Under the pieces are notes generated by a model, which worked only from the letters and a program-made list of their open reading frames with translations, did no database searches and had not been told where the DNA came from. From NCBI GenBank assembly GCA_044223005.1, contig JBGAML010000004.1, positions 224,001-288,000 of the forward strand: DNA of 64,000 bases, read 5' to 3'. The stretch is from Candidatus Eiseniibacteriota bacterium (GTDB taxonomy: Bacteria > Eisenbacteria > RBG-16-71-46). The position numbers were made by a program, and so were the translations under genes. Positions within the stretch are counted from its first letter, which is position 1. Each line of letters begins with the position of its first letter. Shown here one piece after another: positions 9,723 to 21,256 of the stretch.

Positions 9723-12253
9723 CGCCGCTCCGCCGCGATCCGCAGGATGTCGCCGAGCACGCCCATCGCCGTCACCTCCACGCCCGCACCCGGGCCCATC
9801 ACCACGAGCGGCCGCGCCTCGTAGCGCTCGCTCGTGAACACGATCAGGTTGTCGGTGCCCTGCAGCCGGCCCGCGGGCGAGTCGAGCGGTACCGCCGCGG
9901 GGCCCACGGTGATCCGGTCCGCCTCCACGCGCGCGAGGTAGCGCAGCACCTTGCCCTCGCGCTTCGCGTCGGCGACGCGCTGCGCGAAGTCCGCGTCGAG
10001 GCCCTTCAGCTTCGCGAGCAGCTGCTCGAGCGGCAGCCCCGCGAGCGACGCGTCGACGAGTCCCTGCGGCACGACCGGTTCCGGCGCGCGCGCGAGCCCC
10101 GAGAGCCGCCCGAGGATGACCGCCTTGCGGGCCACGTCCGCGCCCGAGAGGTCGGCGACCGGATCGGGCTCGGTGTAGCCGCGGCGCACGGCCTCGGCCA
10201 CGGCCGCGGAGAACGCCGCGCCCTGCTCGAGCTGCGCCATCACGAAGCCCAGCGTGCCGGACAGGCAGCCTTCGGCGCTCACGAGCCGGTCGCCCGTCGC
10301 GAGCAGCATCTCAAGCGTGTCCATCACCGGCAGCCCGGCGCCCACGGTCGCCTCGGCGCGCAGCAGCCGGCCGCGCGACTCCGCTTCGCCGCGCAGCGCG
10401 TGCCAGCGCTCCAACGGCCCGGCGAGCGGCTTCTTGTTGGCGGTGACGACGTCGCAGCCGAGCGCCATCGCCTCGAGGAACACCGCGGCGGTGTCGTCGT
10501 CGTCGGAGACATCCACGAGCACGGGGCGCGCGAGCCGGTAGCGCAGCGCCTCGCGCACCATGGTGGCGGCATCGGCCGATGCGACGGCGCCCGGCTGCGT
10601 CGCGAGCGCGCGGCCGTCCTGCTTCGCGGCGAGCAGCGCATCGAGTTCGCCGGCCGGGATGCCGTTCGGGCGCAGGATCCAGCCGCTGCGGTCCGCGATC
10701 GCGACCACGCGCGGCTCCAGGCCGAAGCGCTCGAAGAAGTGCGAGCGGCGCCCGAGCAGCAGCGGCGCCAGCGCGCGGCCGATGTTGCCGCAGCCCAGCA
10801 GCAGCACGTCCATGCGGCGCGTGGTGTCCTCGCCGGTGTCGAGCCGGTGCAGCTCGAACTCCGCGTGCAGCGCGCGCAGCGCGTCCGGCGCCTCGGCCTC
10901 GGCCACGGCGAGCGTGATGTTGAGCTCCGAGGAGCCCTGCGCGATCGCGAGCACGTTGACGCGCCGGGCACCGAGCGAGCCGAAGGCGCGCGCCGACACG
11001 CCTGGCGTGTGCGCCATGCCGAGCCCGACCACGCCGACGAGCGCGACGCCACGGCGCACGTCGACTTCGTCCACGTCGCCGCGCGAGATCTCGGCGCGCA
11101 GCGACGTCTTGATCGCGGACTCGGCCGCGAACGCCTCCTCGGCCGGCACCGCGAGGCAGATGGAGGACTCCGAGCTCGACTGGCTGATCATGGTGACGCT
11201 GATGCCGCGCTCCGAGAGCGCGCCGAACACGCGTGCGGCGACGCCCGGCACGCCGGCCATGCCCTTGCCCTCGACCGAGAGCAGCGCCTGCGCGCGTACC
11301 GCGGTCACGGCTTTCACCGGGTGCGATCCCGGCGTGAACGTGCCGTCCACGATCGTGCCCGCGTCGTCGGGTGCGAACGAGTTGCGCGTCCGCACCGGAA
11401 TCCCCAGCGTCGCCACCGGGATCATGGTGCGCGGGTGCAGCACCTTGGCGCCGTAGAAGCTCATCTCGGCCGCTTCGCGGAAGTTGAGCTGGCGAATGAC
11501 GCGCGCCTCGGGCACCACGCGCGGATCGGCCGTGAAGACACCGCTCACGTCGGTCCAGATCGTGACTTCGTCCGCGTGCAGCGCCGCCGCGAGCAGCGTC
11601 GCCGAGAGATCCGAGCCGCCACGCCCGAGCGTCGTGGTCGCGCCGTCGGGCGCGCGGCCGGTGAAGCCGGTGACCACGGGCAGCACGCCCTGCTCGAGCC
11701 GCGGCCGCAGCGCCGCCGCGATCGTGCGGTCCGCGACACCGGTGAGCGCGTGCGCCTCGCCGAAGTTCGCGTCCGTCTCGAGGAACGTGTCCGCGTCCAG
11801 CGCCTCGGCGGCGCGGCCGCGCGCACACAGCGCCGCGGCGAGCATGCGCACCGACAGCTTCTCGCCACACGCGAGCACCTGGTCGCGCGTGCGGGGCGAA
11901 ACTTCGCGCAGCAGGCACGCCGCGCCCAGCAGTTCGGCGAGGTGCGCCGCGGTGTCCGCCTGGTGGCGGCGCACCGTCTCGGCTTCGGCGGCCGGCAGCG
12001 CGAGTGCCGCGAGTACGTCCTCGTGCAGCGTCTGCAGCTTCGCGATCGCGTGCAGCGCGTCGTGGCGCTCTCCGCGTGCGGCCGCGGCCGCGGCCGCGAC
12101 GAGCAGGTCGGTGACGCCCGTGACCGCCGAGGCGACCGCGACGAGGCGCGTGCCATCCGCGCCGGCCGCGATCAGCAGGTCGGCGCACGCGCCGATGCGG
12201 CGCGCGTCACCGACGCTGGTACCGCCGAACTTGTGGACTTCGAGACGCGCCAT
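9719..12253 (-). CDS. thrA: Bifunctional aspartate kinase / homoserine dehydrogenase I
   Basis: [17 protein letters not shown], two ACT domains, [33 protein letters not shown]. Confidence 0.96.
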   Translation of the reverse strand: MARLEVHKFGGTSVGDARRIGACADLLIAAGADGTRLVAVASAVTGVTDLLVAAAAAAARGERHDALHAIAKLQTLHEDVLAALALPAAEAETVRRHQADTAAHLAELLGAACLLREVSPRTRDQVLACGEKLSVRMLAAALCARGRAAEALDADTFLETDANFGEAHALTGVADRTIAAALRPRLEQGVLPVVTGFTGRAPDGATTTLGRGGSDLSATLLAAALHADEVTIWTDVSGVFTADPRVVPEARVIRQLNFREAAEMSFYGAKVLHPRTMIPVATLGIPVRTRNSFAPDDAGTIVDGTFTPGSHPVKAVTAVRAQALLSVEGKGMAGVPGVAARVFGALSERGISVTMISQSSSESSICLAVPAEEAFAAESAIKTSLRAEISRGDVDEVDVRRGVALVGVVGLGMAHTPGVSARAFGSLGARRVNVLAIAQGSSELNITLAVAEAEAPDALRALHAEFELHRLDTGEDTTRRMDVLLLGCGNIGRALAPLLLGRRSHFFERFGLEPRVVAIADRSGWILRPNGIPAGELDALLAAKQDGRALATQPGAVASADAATMVREALRYRLARPVLVDVSDDDDTAAVFLEAMALGCDVVTANKKPLAGPLERWHALRGEAESRGRLLRAEATVGAGLPVMDTLEMLLATGDRLVSAEGCLSGTLGFVMAQLEQGAAFSAAVAEAVRRGYTEPDPVADLSGADVARKAVILGRLSGLARAPEPVVPQGLVDASLAGLPLEQLLAKLKGLDADFAQRVADAKREGKVLRYLARVEADRITVGPAAVPLDSPAGRLQGTDNLIVFTSERYEARPLVVMGPGAGVEVTAMGVLGDILRIAAERR

Positions 12254-12298
12254 GCGGCCCTCCGGGCCGGAAATCATACGGCCCGGGAGCGGCCGCCG

Positions 12299-13267
12299 TC
12301 ACGCGGTCGGCGCCGTACCCGCGGTTCCGTAGTACCCCTTCGCCCACTCGACCATGGCCGGTGCGCCCCGATCGAGCGGCGTGGGCGCGCCGCCGAAGCG
12401 GGCGCGGAAGCGCGAATCGTCCACGAGGAAGGGTCCCGCGAACTGGTAGCCCATCTCGCGGATCTCGCGCAGCATCGGCATGAACAGCGCCACGGCCGCC
12501 AGCAGGAACCCCGGCATGCGCTCGATCGCGATCTCGCGCCCGAGCGCGGCGCCGAAGCGCCGGATCATCGCGCGCGTGGTTTCGGCCGGCGCCGCCGGCA
12601 GCATCCACCACTGGCCCGTCACGTCGTCGGGGGCTTCGGCCAGCGTGGCCAGTCCTGCCGCGACGTCGAGCGTGTAATGGTAGGTGTGCACGATGTCCGG
12701 ATCGCTCAGCACCTGGCCGCTCTTCCCCGCGAGCACGCGCGGCCAGAAGGCGTCGCCGAAGTACGTGCCCACGCCGCCGGGTCCGTAGAAGTCGGCCGCG
12801 CGTCCGCTCACCACCTTCGCGTCACCGCGCCGGTGCGCGTCGAAGAACTGCTCGGCGACGCGCGCGCGGATCTCGCCCTTGCGGCTGCACGGGTTCACCG
12901 GCGTCGCTTCGTTCATCGGGACGCCGTGCGTGTCGCCCAGCATGTAGAGGTTGTCGAGCACCACGAGCCGCGCGTTCGCGCGCCCGGCCGCGGCCACGAG
13001 CGAACTCGCCAGCCGCGGCAGCTCGCGCGCCCAGAGCGCGGCGTCGTAGGCCGGGTTCATGCAGTGATAAACGGCGGCGGCGCCCGCTGCGGCCTCGGCC
13101 GCGAACGTGGCGTCGCCCGCGTCGCCCGTGCGCAGCTCCACGCCCGCGGGCGCGCCACCCACGCGGCGCACCATGCGCACGCGGCAGCCGCGCGCCATGA
13201 GCTCCTTCGCGAGCGGGACGCCGATCTGTCCCGCGCCGAAGATCACGTGCAGCTTCGACTCGCTCAT
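12299..13267 (-). CDS. NAD-dependent epimerase/dehydratase family (atypical SDR)
   Basis: VIFGAGQIG Rossmann motif, [13 protein letters not shown]. Confidence 0.85.
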   Translation of the reverse strand: MSESKLHVIFGAGQIGVPLAKELMARGCRVRMVRRVGGAPAGVELRTGDAGDATFAAEAAAGAAAVYHCMNPAYDAALWARELPRLASSLVAAAGRANARLVVLDNLYMLGDTHGVPMNEATPVNPCSRKGEIRARVAEQFFDAHRRGDAKVVSGRAADFYGPGGVGTYFGDAFWPRVLAGKSGQVLSDPDIVHTYHYTLDVAAGLATLAEAPDDVTGQWWMLPAAPAETTRAMIRRFGAALGREIAIERMPGFLLAAVALFMPMLREIREMGYQFAGPFLVDDSRFRARFGGAPTPLDRGAPAMVEWAKGYYGTAGTAPTA

Positions 13268-13312
13268 CCTTCGCCTTTCGTGCGCTGGACGGACCCGGCG
13301 CCGGCGGCCCGC

Positions 13313-15343
13313 TCAGTGCCGCCCGTGCGTCACGCCCGGCCAGCGGTCGGTGCGGAACGGCTCGGCCGGAAGCCCCGTGCCGCCCGCGAGATCGCAGGTG
13401 GGATTGTCGGCCCACGCGTAGCGCGCCGCGACCGGGTGCGGCACCGCGTCGCACGTGAGCACGACGTCGTCTCCTTCGATGCGCGCGGCAGCCCAATGGA
13501 ACACGCGATCTTCACCCGCCAGCGCGAACCCCGCGGGCGGGGCGTCCGAACGCGAATGCAGGCCGCCGTTCGTGCGCTCGAAGTGCACGCGCATCGCGCC
13601 GCCCTCGATCCGGGACGAACGGTAGCGCGGTCCGCTCGCGACGACCGCCCGCCCGTACGCGACCTCCAGCGCGGCCAGCGCGAGCCGGCGCCCGACTTCC
13701 TGCTTGTTGCGCGGATGGATGTCCTTCGCGTCGCCGATGTCGACCGCCGTCGCCATGCCCGTGCGCGGCCGCGCCAACGCCATGGCCTGCGCCTCGCGCA
13801 GCTCGGCCCATTCGCTCTCGCCCGGCTGCGGCTTCGCGTCCATGAAGTTCGCGAGCTGGACGAACAGGAACGGGAAGTCGCCCTGACCCCATTCGCGCCG
13901 CCAGTCGTCGATCAGCAGGGGGAAGAGCGCCTGGTATTGTTCGGCGCGGTTGGCGTTCGCCTCGCCCTGGTACCAGATCACGCCGTGGATCGCGTACGGC
14001 GCCAGCGGTGACCGCATGCCGTTGGCGAGCACGCCGGGTTGGTTCGGATCCTCCGGGTCGCGCGGCCGCGGGGGCAGTTCGCGGAAGTCGAACGCGACCT
14101 GGTAGAGCCACGGGCCGGTGAGCGACATCGCGTCGGCGCCGCCCGCCGAGAGCTTCATCATCGGCGGGTCGCCCCACAGGCCGCCGCCGCCGATCCAGTC
14201 GTAGACGCGCACCGCGATCACGTGCGGCCCCGGCGTCACGAGCCGGCCCGGCACGGTGTAGTTCCGCGGCCGGTCGTAGACCGAGTCCTTGCCCACGAGC
14301 ACGCCGTCGAAGTAGGTGAGGTCCGCGTCGTCGATGCGGCCGAGCCCCAGCGCGAGATCGCGGCCCGCCCACGCCGCGGGGATTTCGACGTGGCGCCGGA
14401 ACCACACGACGCCGTCCAGGTCCGGCAGCCCCGCGTTCTCCCAGCCGCTCGGCAGCGCCATCGTCTTCCACGCGTGATCGTCCAGCGCCGTCGCCGACCA
14501 GGGCGGCGTCGCCTTCAGCCCGCGGTCTTCCTTCGGGATCGCGGCGTTCCACGCCCGCGTCGCCACCTCGAACGCCGCCTTCGCCTCGCCCGCGGGGCGC
14601 TGCGCCTGTTCGTCCACCGCGCGCAGCCGGTCCGCGAACCCGGGCACGCGGCGCAGCGCGCCCGCGCGCGTCCACGCTTCGACCTCGGTGCCGCCCCAGT
14701 TCGTGGACACGAGTCCCACCGGCACCTTCAAGGTGCGCTGCAGTTCGCGGCCGAAGAAGTAGGCGACGGCGGAGAACTCCTTCGCGGTCGCGGGTGCGCA
14801 GCGGTGCCAGCCGGTGGTCGTGATGTCGCGCTCGGGCCGGAACGCCACCTTGCGCGCGACCGTGAGCAGGCGGATCTCGGGATGGTCCGCCGACGCGACC
14901 TCGTTCGCCGCGTCGAGCACTTTGCCCCAGCCGTCGATCGGCATCTCCATGTTCGACTGGCCCGACGCGAGCCAGACCTCGCCGACCAGCACGTCGGTGA
15001 ACGCGCGTGCGTGGCCCTCGGCGTCGGCGACGCGGAGCTCGAACGGCCCGCCGGCGGCGAGCGGCCCGAGCGCCGTGCGCCATGCGCCGCGCGCGTCGGC
15101 GCGAGCCTGCGCGGTGTGGCCCGCGCACGTCACCGTGATCGCGGCCCGTGGCGCGGCCGTGCCCCACACGGGCACGGCGACGTCGCGCTGCAGCACCATG
15201 TGGTCGCCGAAGATCGCAGGCAGTGCGATTTCGGCGGCGGGTGAGCCGGCTGCCGCGGCGCGGGCGGCGCTCGCGGAGAGGGCGAGCGCGAGCAGTGCGA
15301 GCCCCGCGAGGCGCGTGGTGCGATGCGTCGTGCGTGCGTCCAT
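13313..15343 (-). CDS. Secreted sialate O-acetylesterase (SASA) with an inserted galactose-binding-like domain
   Basis: [39 protein letters not shown]; signal peptide. Confidence 0.92.
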   Translation of the reverse strand: MDARTTHRTTRLAGLALLALALSASAARAAAAGSPAAEIALPAIFGDHMVLQRDVAVPVWGTAAPRAAITVTCAGHTAQARADARGAWRTALGPLAAGGPFELRVADAEGHARAFTDVLVGEVWLASGQSNMEMPIDGWGKVLDAANEVASADHPEIRLLTVARKVAFRPERDITTTGWHRCAPATAKEFSAVAYFFGRELQRTLKVPVGLVSTNWGGTEVEAWTRAGALRRVPGFADRLRAVDEQAQRPAGEAKAAFEVATRAWNAAIPKEDRGLKATPPWSATALDDHAWKTMALPSGWENAGLPDLDGVVWFRRHVEIPAAWAGRDLALGLGRIDDADLTYFDGVLVGKDSVYDRPRNYTVPGRLVTPGPHVIAVRVYDWIGGGGLWGDPPMMKLSAGGADAMSLTGPWLYQVAFDFRELPPRPRDPEDPNQPGVLANGMRSPLAPYAIHGVIWYQGEANANRAEQYQALFPLLIDDWRREWGQGDFPFLFVQLANFMDAKPQPGESEWAELREAQAMALARPRTGMATAVDIGDAKDIHPRNKQEVGRRLALAALEVAYGRAVVASGPRYRSSRIEGGAMRVHFERTNGGLHSRSDAPPAGFALAGEDRVFHWAAARIEGDDVVLTCDAVPHPVAARYAWADNPTCDLAGGTGLPAEPFRTDRWPGVTHGRH

Positions 15344-15383
15344 ATCGTACGTCCTCCCGCCGGGCGCGACGTGCGCCGAAAGT

Positions 15384-17861
15384 TCAGGGTGCGAGCGTCA
15401 GGCTGCCCGAAAGTCTCGTGTCGCGCGACGAGGCGCCGACCTCGATCGCGTAGCGCCCCGGCTCCGTCCACCACGCGGCGCGGCCGGGGTCCCACGCGGC
15501 GAACGCGCGTTCGTCCAGCTCGATCGTGACGCGGCGCGATTCGCCGGGCGTGAGCTCCACGCGCGCGAAGCCCTTCAGCTCGCGCACCGGCCGCGGCAGC
15601 ATTCCGCGCGGGGGCGCCACGTAGAGCTGCGGCACCTCGGCGCCGGCGCGGGCGCCCGTGTTCGCGACCGTGAACGACACGCGCGCGTGCCGCGGCGCCG
15701 CGAGCGTCGGTGGCTCGATCGCGAGGTCCGAGTAGGCGAACGTCGTGTAGCCGAGCCCGAACCCGAACGGGAACTCAGGCGCGATCCCGGCACGGTCGTG
15801 GTGGCGATAGCCCACGAACACTCCGTCGTCGTAGCGCGTCGCGAGGTCGCGGCTCGAGTAGGTCGCCGCCGCCGACACGTCCGCCCAGCGGCGCGGGAAC
15901 GAGATCGGCAGCCGCCCCGATGGCGCTGCGTCGCCGAACAGCACGTCGGCGATCGCGCTGCCGCCCTCGACGCCCGGGTACCACGCCTGCAGCACGGCGC
16001 GCACGCGCTCGAGCCAGTCGCCCATCGTCACCGGCGAGCCCGCGACCACGACGACGATCGTGCGCGGGTTCACCGCCGCGACCGCGCGGATCAGCGCGTC
16101 CTGCCCGACCGGCAGCGCGAGGTTCGGGCGATCGAAGCCCTCGCTCTCGACGCCCGCAGTGTTGCCGACCACCACGATCGCCGCGTCGGCGCCGCGCGCC
16201 GCGGCGACCGCGGCGCCGTGCTCGTCCTGGTCCATCGCGTGCCAGCCGAACTGCACCACGGCGCCGCCGCCGTTCTCGTAGTACTCGAGCTTCACCGCGT
16301 GCGGCTCGCCCGCGCGCAGCGGGACGATCGTCGCGACGGTGCGCGCGCCGTGATCGCTCCAGTCCTCGAGCACGAGCTTGCCGTCGAGCCAGAGCCGCAC
16401 GCCGTCGTCGGCGCGCAGGCGCAGCTCCCAGCGGCCGCTCGTCGGCGCGACCAGCGTTCCCGTCCAGCGCGCCGAGAAGTGGTCCACCGGAATCACCGCC
16501 GCGGGCGAGCCGTCGCCGAAGTCGAAGTTCACGCTGGCGTCCGTGCGCACCAGCGCGGGCGCGCCCGAGAAGTCCTGGCTCGCCCAGTACTCGGCGCGCA
16601 GGCCGTGGCCCGGGCCGCTCGCGGGTGCGAACGCGGTCGAGTCGATCGGATTCACGTCGTCGGGCGCGCTCGCGCCCGCCGCGTACGTCACCGTCACACC
16701 CGGCCCCGCCGCGCGGCGGATCGCCTCCAGCGGCGACACCGCGTGCGCGGTCGTGACGTACGAGCTGCCGCCGCCGCCCGTGCGCGCGACCGCCGCGTTG
16801 GGCCCGATCACCGCGAGCGAGCGCAGGTGCGCGCGGTCGAGCGGCAGCGCGCCGCCTTCGTTGCGCAGCAGCACCAGCGAACGCGCGGCCGCCGTGCGCG
16901 CGAGCGCGCGGTGCGCGACGCCGTCGCGCGCGCCCGGGTCGCCGGCCGTGTCGCCATCCAGCACGCCGGTGCGCTCGAGCAGCCGCAGCAGCCGCTTCAC
17001 GCTCGCGTCGATCGTGGGCCACGACACCTCGCCGCGTTCCACCGCGGTGGCGAGCGAGGCCTTGTCGAGGAACTTGTGGTCGGGCATCTCGAGGTCGAGC
17101 CCGGCGCGAACGGTCGGCAGCGTGCTGTGCACCGCGCCCCAGTCCGACACCACGAGGCCGTCGAAACGCCACTCGGTCTTCAGGACGTCGCGCAGCAGCC
17201 ACGGGTTCTCGCTGCACCAGTTGCCGTTCACCTTGTTGTACGCCGACATCACCGACCAGGCGCCCGCTTCGCGCACTGCCGCGTCGAACGCCGGCAGGTA
17301 GATCTCGCGCAGCGTTCGCTCGTCGATGTGCTCGTCGACCGCCTCGCGATTGGCTTCCTGGCTGTTGGCCGCGAAGTGCTTGACCGTCGCCGCGACGCGG
17401 TGCTCCTGCAGCCCGTGCACGTAGGCCACGGCCATCCGGCTCGCGAGCCAGGGATCCTCGCCGAACGCCTCGAACGTGCGCCCGGCCCACGGCAGCCGCG
17501 CGATGTTGACGCACGGCCCGAGCATCATGCGCTTGCCCTTCGCACGCGCTTCCACCGCGATCGCGCCGCTCACCTCGCGCACGAGCGACGTATCCCACGT
17601 CGCCGCGAGCGCGATCGGGACCGGGAACGCGGTCGACACGCCGTCGCGCACGCCGGCCGGACCATCGGCCATGCGCAGCGGCGCGATTCCGAGCCGCGGC
17701 ACGCGGTGCGTCTCGAACCCGTCGCCCGCGAGCAGGTCGAGCTTCTCGGCCGGCGTCAGGCGCACGAGCAGGCTCTCGATGCGCGCCTCGTCGGCGTGGG
17801 CCGGCGTGGCGACGCAGGCGGCGCATGCGGCGAGCATCGCCGCGGCCAGCAGGCGCCTCAC
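15384..17861 (-). CDS. GH3 beta-glucosidase with PA14 and Fn3-like domains
   Basis: [38 protein letters not shown] (nucleophile), PA14 insert, [13 protein letters not shown] start overlaps the upstream stop. Confidence 0.95.
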   Translation of the reverse strand: MRRLLAAAMLAACAACVATPAHADEARIESLLVRLTPAEKLDLLAGDGFETHRVPRLGIAPLRMADGPAGVRDGVSTAFPVPIALAATWDTSLVREVSGAIAVEARAKGKRMMLGPCVNIARLPWAGRTFEAFGEDPWLASRMAVAYVHGLQEHRVAATVKHFAANSQEANREAVDEHIDERTLREIYLPAFDAAVREAGAWSVMSAYNKVNGNWCSENPWLLRDVLKTEWRFDGLVVSDWGAVHSTLPTVRAGLDLEMPDHKFLDKASLATAVERGEVSWPTIDASVKRLLRLLERTGVLDGDTAGDPGARDGVAHRALARTAAARSLVLLRNEGGALPLDRAHLRSLAVIGPNAAVARTGGGGSSYVTTAHAVSPLEAIRRAAGPGVTVTYAAGASAPDDVNPIDSTAFAPASGPGHGLRAEYWASQDFSGAPALVRTDASVNFDFGDGSPAAVIPVDHFSARWTGTLVAPTSGRWELRLRADDGVRLWLDGKLVLEDWSDHGARTVATIVPLRAGEPHAVKLEYYENGGGAVVQFGWHAMDQDEHGAAVAAARGADAAIVVVGNTAGVESEGFDRPNLALPVGQDALIRAVAAVNPRTIVVVVAGSPVTMGDWLERVRAVLQAWYPGVEGGSAIADVLFGDAAPSGRLPISFPRRWADVSAAATYSSRDLATRYDDGVFVGYRHHDRAGIAPEFPFGFGLGYTTFAYSDLAIEPPTLAAPRHARVSFTVANTGARAGAEVPQLYVAPPRGMLPRPVRELKGFARVELTPGESRRVTIELDERAFAAWDPGRAAWWTEPGRYAIEVGASSRDTRLSGSLTLAP

Positions 17862-20800
17862 GGCAGCACCCGCACGTGCAGCCGCTCGAGCAGCGTCGCG
17901 CCGAGCCCCGCGGTGACGAGCGAGGACGGAATCAGCACGATCTCGCCGCCGCCGTCGGCGTTCCGCAGCCGCGCCGCGCACGGGTAGATCTCGCCGCGGT
18001 CGGGCACCAGCAGGTGGCGCGACGTGTGCGTGAACGCGAGCGGCTCGAAGTGCCACGGCTTGGAGACCGCGAAGTCGGTGAACACCTCGTGGGTGTCGAT
18101 CGGCCGCGGCGGCCGCGAGCCGCCTTCACCCGCGAGCTCGACGCCGCGCCCGTCGAGCGCCCAGCCGAACACGCCGCGCGAAGTCTCCCACGAGTTCATG
18201 AAGCGCCCGCCCGGTCCCCACGACACGACGCCCAGCCGCGTGGGCGAGGCCGAGACCTCGCCGTTGCGCGGGTCGATCGGCAGCCACGCCTTCTCGTTCG
18301 TCTCCACGCCCACGGTCACCGAATCCGACCAGATGCCGCCACCGCCGCCCGTGTCCTGCACCTGCACGGCGAGTACGTTGTCGCCGCCGAACGCGAGCGT
18401 CGCGTACGCGGGATCGCCGGGACGCAGCACGTAGTGGCGGATCGCCTGCCAGTTGGTGCGCGAGCCGATCTCGACGCCGTTCACGAACGTCCAGTCGAAG
18501 TCGTCGATCTTGCCGAGCTCCACGACCACCGGCTTGCCGCGGCCGTCCGCCGGCAGCCGGAAGTGCGCGCGGTACCAGCCCCAGCCGTCGAGCTCGCCGA
18601 TCGTCTTCTCCCAGCCCGCGGGCACCGCGATCGGCCGCCACGACGTGTCGGGCTCGAACGCGCGCGCCTGCCAGCCGCCGCGCAGGCCGGGCTCGTTCGC
18701 GCGCGCGACGCTCGCATCCGTCGTCGCGAGCCTGAAGCGCCACTCGCGCAGCGTCTCGCCGCGGACCACGGGACGCAGGTCGTACCACTCGATCACGCCG
18801 GCCGTTTCGCCCATGGTGCCGCGCTCGCGCATCGTCGGGCCCCAGAAGACGAGTGCGCCGCCGCGGGCGAGCCAGCGCTCGAGCGTCACGGCGACGTCGC
18901 TGCCGTCCTCGGCGTGCCGCGGCAGCGCGTTGCCCGGCACGATCACCGCGCCGACGCTCGCCGGATCCAGGGTCGCGAGCTCGGCGAGCGTCACGCGGCG
19001 TCCCGTAGGCGCGGGCACCGCCGGCGCGGGCAGGTGCGCCACCTGCAGCACGACCGCGTCGCGCACCCATTCGATCACCGCCGTGTCGCGGAGTACGGGC
19101 ACCGGCGCCGCGTGCGGCGCCGTCGTGTCGGCGAGCGCGGGCCACGCGCGCGCCGCGAGCGGTGCGCGCGCCGCGCCCTCGACGATCGCGCCCGCGGGCA
19201 CCTCGACCACGCGCACGTGCGGATCGGTGACGCGCACGCGCAGCCGCCCGTGCGCCATGGTCAGCGCCACGGCGCCCTGCGGCAGCGGCACCTCGGCGTG
19301 CCAGTCCTTCCAGTCGGCGGGCGTGCGCGGGTCCACGCGCAGCCGTGCGCAGCCGGGCTCGAGCACCTCCACGCCGAGCAGGCCCTCGACGATCGCGTCG
19401 AGGTAGGAACCCGCGGCGGTGAGGAACGCGAAGCCGCCCTCGGTGTGACCGTCCTCGGGATCGACCAGCTCCTCGATCATGCCCGGGTAGTGTTCGTCGG
19501 CGAGTGTCGCCGCGCAGCGGCCGAGCAGCCAGGCGCCGCCCGCGCGGTCGTCGAGGCGGAAGCGCGCCCGTGCTTCGACCGCGTTCCACCACGGCCACAC
19601 CTTGTCGTTGTGGTCGATGTAGAGCGGCACGTGCGACATCGGCGGCGTGATCGTGCTCGAGCCGGCCTTGCGCCAGTTGCGCGCGCGGATCGTGTCCATC
19701 GCGCGCCGCGCGCGCGCCTCGGGCGCCACGCCGCAGAGCACCGCGAGCGCGTTCTCGCCCGAAGTGGAGCGTTCGTCGCGCAGGCCGCCCAGCACGAGGT
19801 TGTCGTAAATGCCGTTCGTCTCGTCCCAGAGCCCGGCGTTGACGCCGCGCACGAACCGCGCCGCGAGCGCGTCGTAGCGTGCCGCCGACGGATCGCCGAG
19901 CGTGCGCTCGATCGTCGCGAAGCGGCGCAGCAGGTCGGCGAAGAGCACGTTGGAGTAGAGCACCCGCGCGCCGTCGGGGAAGAGGAAGAAGCGCGAGTGG
20001 TCCATCCACTCGGAGACGTCGACGAGCATGCCGGTGTCGTCCGCGTCGCGCGCGATCCACGCCTCGACCCACGGCCGCAGCGTGTGCGCCGCGCGCTGGA
20101 GCTCGTCGCGGTCGCCGTCCAGCAGCCAGCGCATCCACACTGCGCGCGCGAGCCACGCCACGCCCTCGGCGCAGCCGCCCTGCGAGGGATCCTCGGTGAC
20201 CTTCAGCCCGAGCGGATCGGCCTTGGCGTAGCGCCCCAGGTCGTAGTCGATCGTCGTCGACGCCGCGGCGAAGCGCCCGCTCGCCATGGCGCCGGGTGCG
20301 AGCCCCGAACCCAGGTCGCGCGACCAGACGTCGCGCCAGCGGAAGATCTCGCACACGTGCATGTGCCCGTCGAAGCCGAGGTCGAGCAGCGCGCGGCAGA
20401 ACGGCACCGCGCGGTCGATCTCCGGATCGGGTGTCTCGAGCACGAGCCCGCGGTGGTAGGGCGCCTCGAGCGCCGCGCGCAGAGCCTCGAAGCGGCCCGC
20501 CGGCGGCAGCCCGCCCGCCGCGAGCACGACCTCGCCCGCGCCGCCCGCGAGCGGCACGCGCACGCGGCCCGTTGCCGCCATCGTCGGGGCGCCGGTGGCC
20601 GTGACCTCGATCGCGACCGGCGTCGTGGCGTGGCGCACGCGCGCGCACGCGAACCACGGCACGTCGGGCGTCGCGCCGTGCAGGATCTCGATCGCGGTGC
20701 CGCGCACGTCGAGTGCGTACACCACGCCGCCGGGCAGGAAGCTCGCGCGCGGCGCGGGCGACGCCAGGTCGACCACCGAATCCCCGAGCACGAGCCGGAA

Positions 20801-20995
20801 GCGCGCGTGCGCGTCGCCGCCGTGGTGGAAGTCGATCCCGTCGGGGCGCACGCGCACCACGCTGCGGCCGTTGCCGACCAGACCTTCGGGCGCGCGGCCC
20901 GCGTACTCGAAGCGCCAGCGGTCCTGGCCCGACGCCGCCGTCGGCGTGCACAGGGCGAGGGTGAGCAGCAGAACGGCCCAGCGGCTCGGGCTCAT
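17858..20995 (-). CDS. Large secreted glycoside hydrolase: (alpha/alpha)6-barrel (GH78/GH63-like), C-terminal beta-sandwich and galactose-binding-like module
   Basis: Signal peptide after GAAGGAG; DVWSRD, SEWMD, YSNVLF, VWPWWN and GLLGVEVLEPG...VDP segments typical of six-hairpin glycosidases; LGKIDDFDWTFVNG jelly-roll module. Confidence 0.7.
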   Translation of the reverse strand: MSPSRWAVLLLTLALCTPTAASGQDRWRFEYAGRAPEGLVGNGRSVVRVRPDGIDFHHGGDAHARFRLVLGDSVVDLASPAPRASFLPGGVVYALDVRGTAIEILHGATPDVPWFACARVRHATTPVAIEVTATGAPTMAATGRVRVPLAGGAGEVVLAAGGLPPAGRFEALRAALEAPYHRGLVLETPDPEIDRAVPFCRALLDLGFDGHMHVCEIFRWRDVWSRDLGSGLAPGAMASGRFAAASTTIDYDLGRYAKADPLGLKVTEDPSQGGCAEGVAWLARAVWMRWLLDGDRDELQRAAHTLRPWVEAWIARDADDTGMLVDVSEWMDHSRFFLFPDGARVLYSNVLFADLLRRFATIERTLGDPSAARYDALAARFVRGVNAGLWDETNGIYDNLVLGGLRDERSTSGENALAVLCGVAPEARARRAMDTIRARNWRKAGSSTITPPMSHVPLYIDHNDKVWPWWNAVEARARFRLDDRAGGAWLLGRCAATLADEHYPGMIEELVDPEDGHTEGGFAFLTAAGSYLDAIVEGLLGVEVLEPGCARLRVDPRTPADWKDWHAEVPLPQGAVALTMAHGRLRVRVTDPHVRVVEVPAGAIVEGAARAPLAARAWPALADTTAPHAAPVPVLRDTAVIEWVRDAVVLQVAHLPAPAVPAPTGRRVTLAELATLDPASVGAVIVPGNALPRHAEDGSDVAVTLERWLARGGALVFWGPTMRERGTMGETAGVIEWYDLRPVVRGETLREWRFRLATTDASVARANEPGLRGGWQARAFEPDTSWRPIAVPAGWEKTIGELDGWGWYRAHFRLPADGRGKPVVVELGKIDDFDWTFVNGVEIGSRTNWQAIRHYVLRPGDPAYATLAFGGDNVLAVQVQDTGGGGGIWSDSVTVGVETNEKAWLPIDPRNGEVSASPTRLGVVSWGPGGRFMNSWETSRGVFGWALDGRGVELAGEGGSRPPRPIDTHEVFTDFAVSKPWHFEPLAFTHTSRHLLVPDRGEIYPCAARLRNADGGGEIVLIPSSLVTAGLGATLLERLHVRVLP

Positions 20996-21256
20996 CGGCG
21001 AGGCTCCTTCGAGTGCGGTGGGATCGACACGCCGCGCGGGGGAGGGCGACGCGATCGCGCCACCGCGCACGGGCACGCCCACCAAGCTAACGCGAGCCGC
21101 TCCGAAAGTCCGGGCCGCGATGCATGGAACACGCATGAAAATGACGCCGGCTCGCCCGCGGGAGAGCGGTCGCGTCGGCGCGGGGCGGTTCGGCCGGCGC
21201 GTCGCGAGCGGAGTCGCCCGCGATGCGCCGGCCGCGCCGAACACCCGAACGCCCCG

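Noticed and set aside
12254..12298. thr attenuator or leader peptide upstream of thrA
   Set aside because: Only 45 nt separate thrA from the upstream gene; no Thr/Ile-rich leader or terminator.
21100..21120. GAAAGTCCGGGC resembling the RNase P RNA signature
   Set aside because: Lacks the preceding GAG, no matching 3' motif, and the 260-nt gap is too short.
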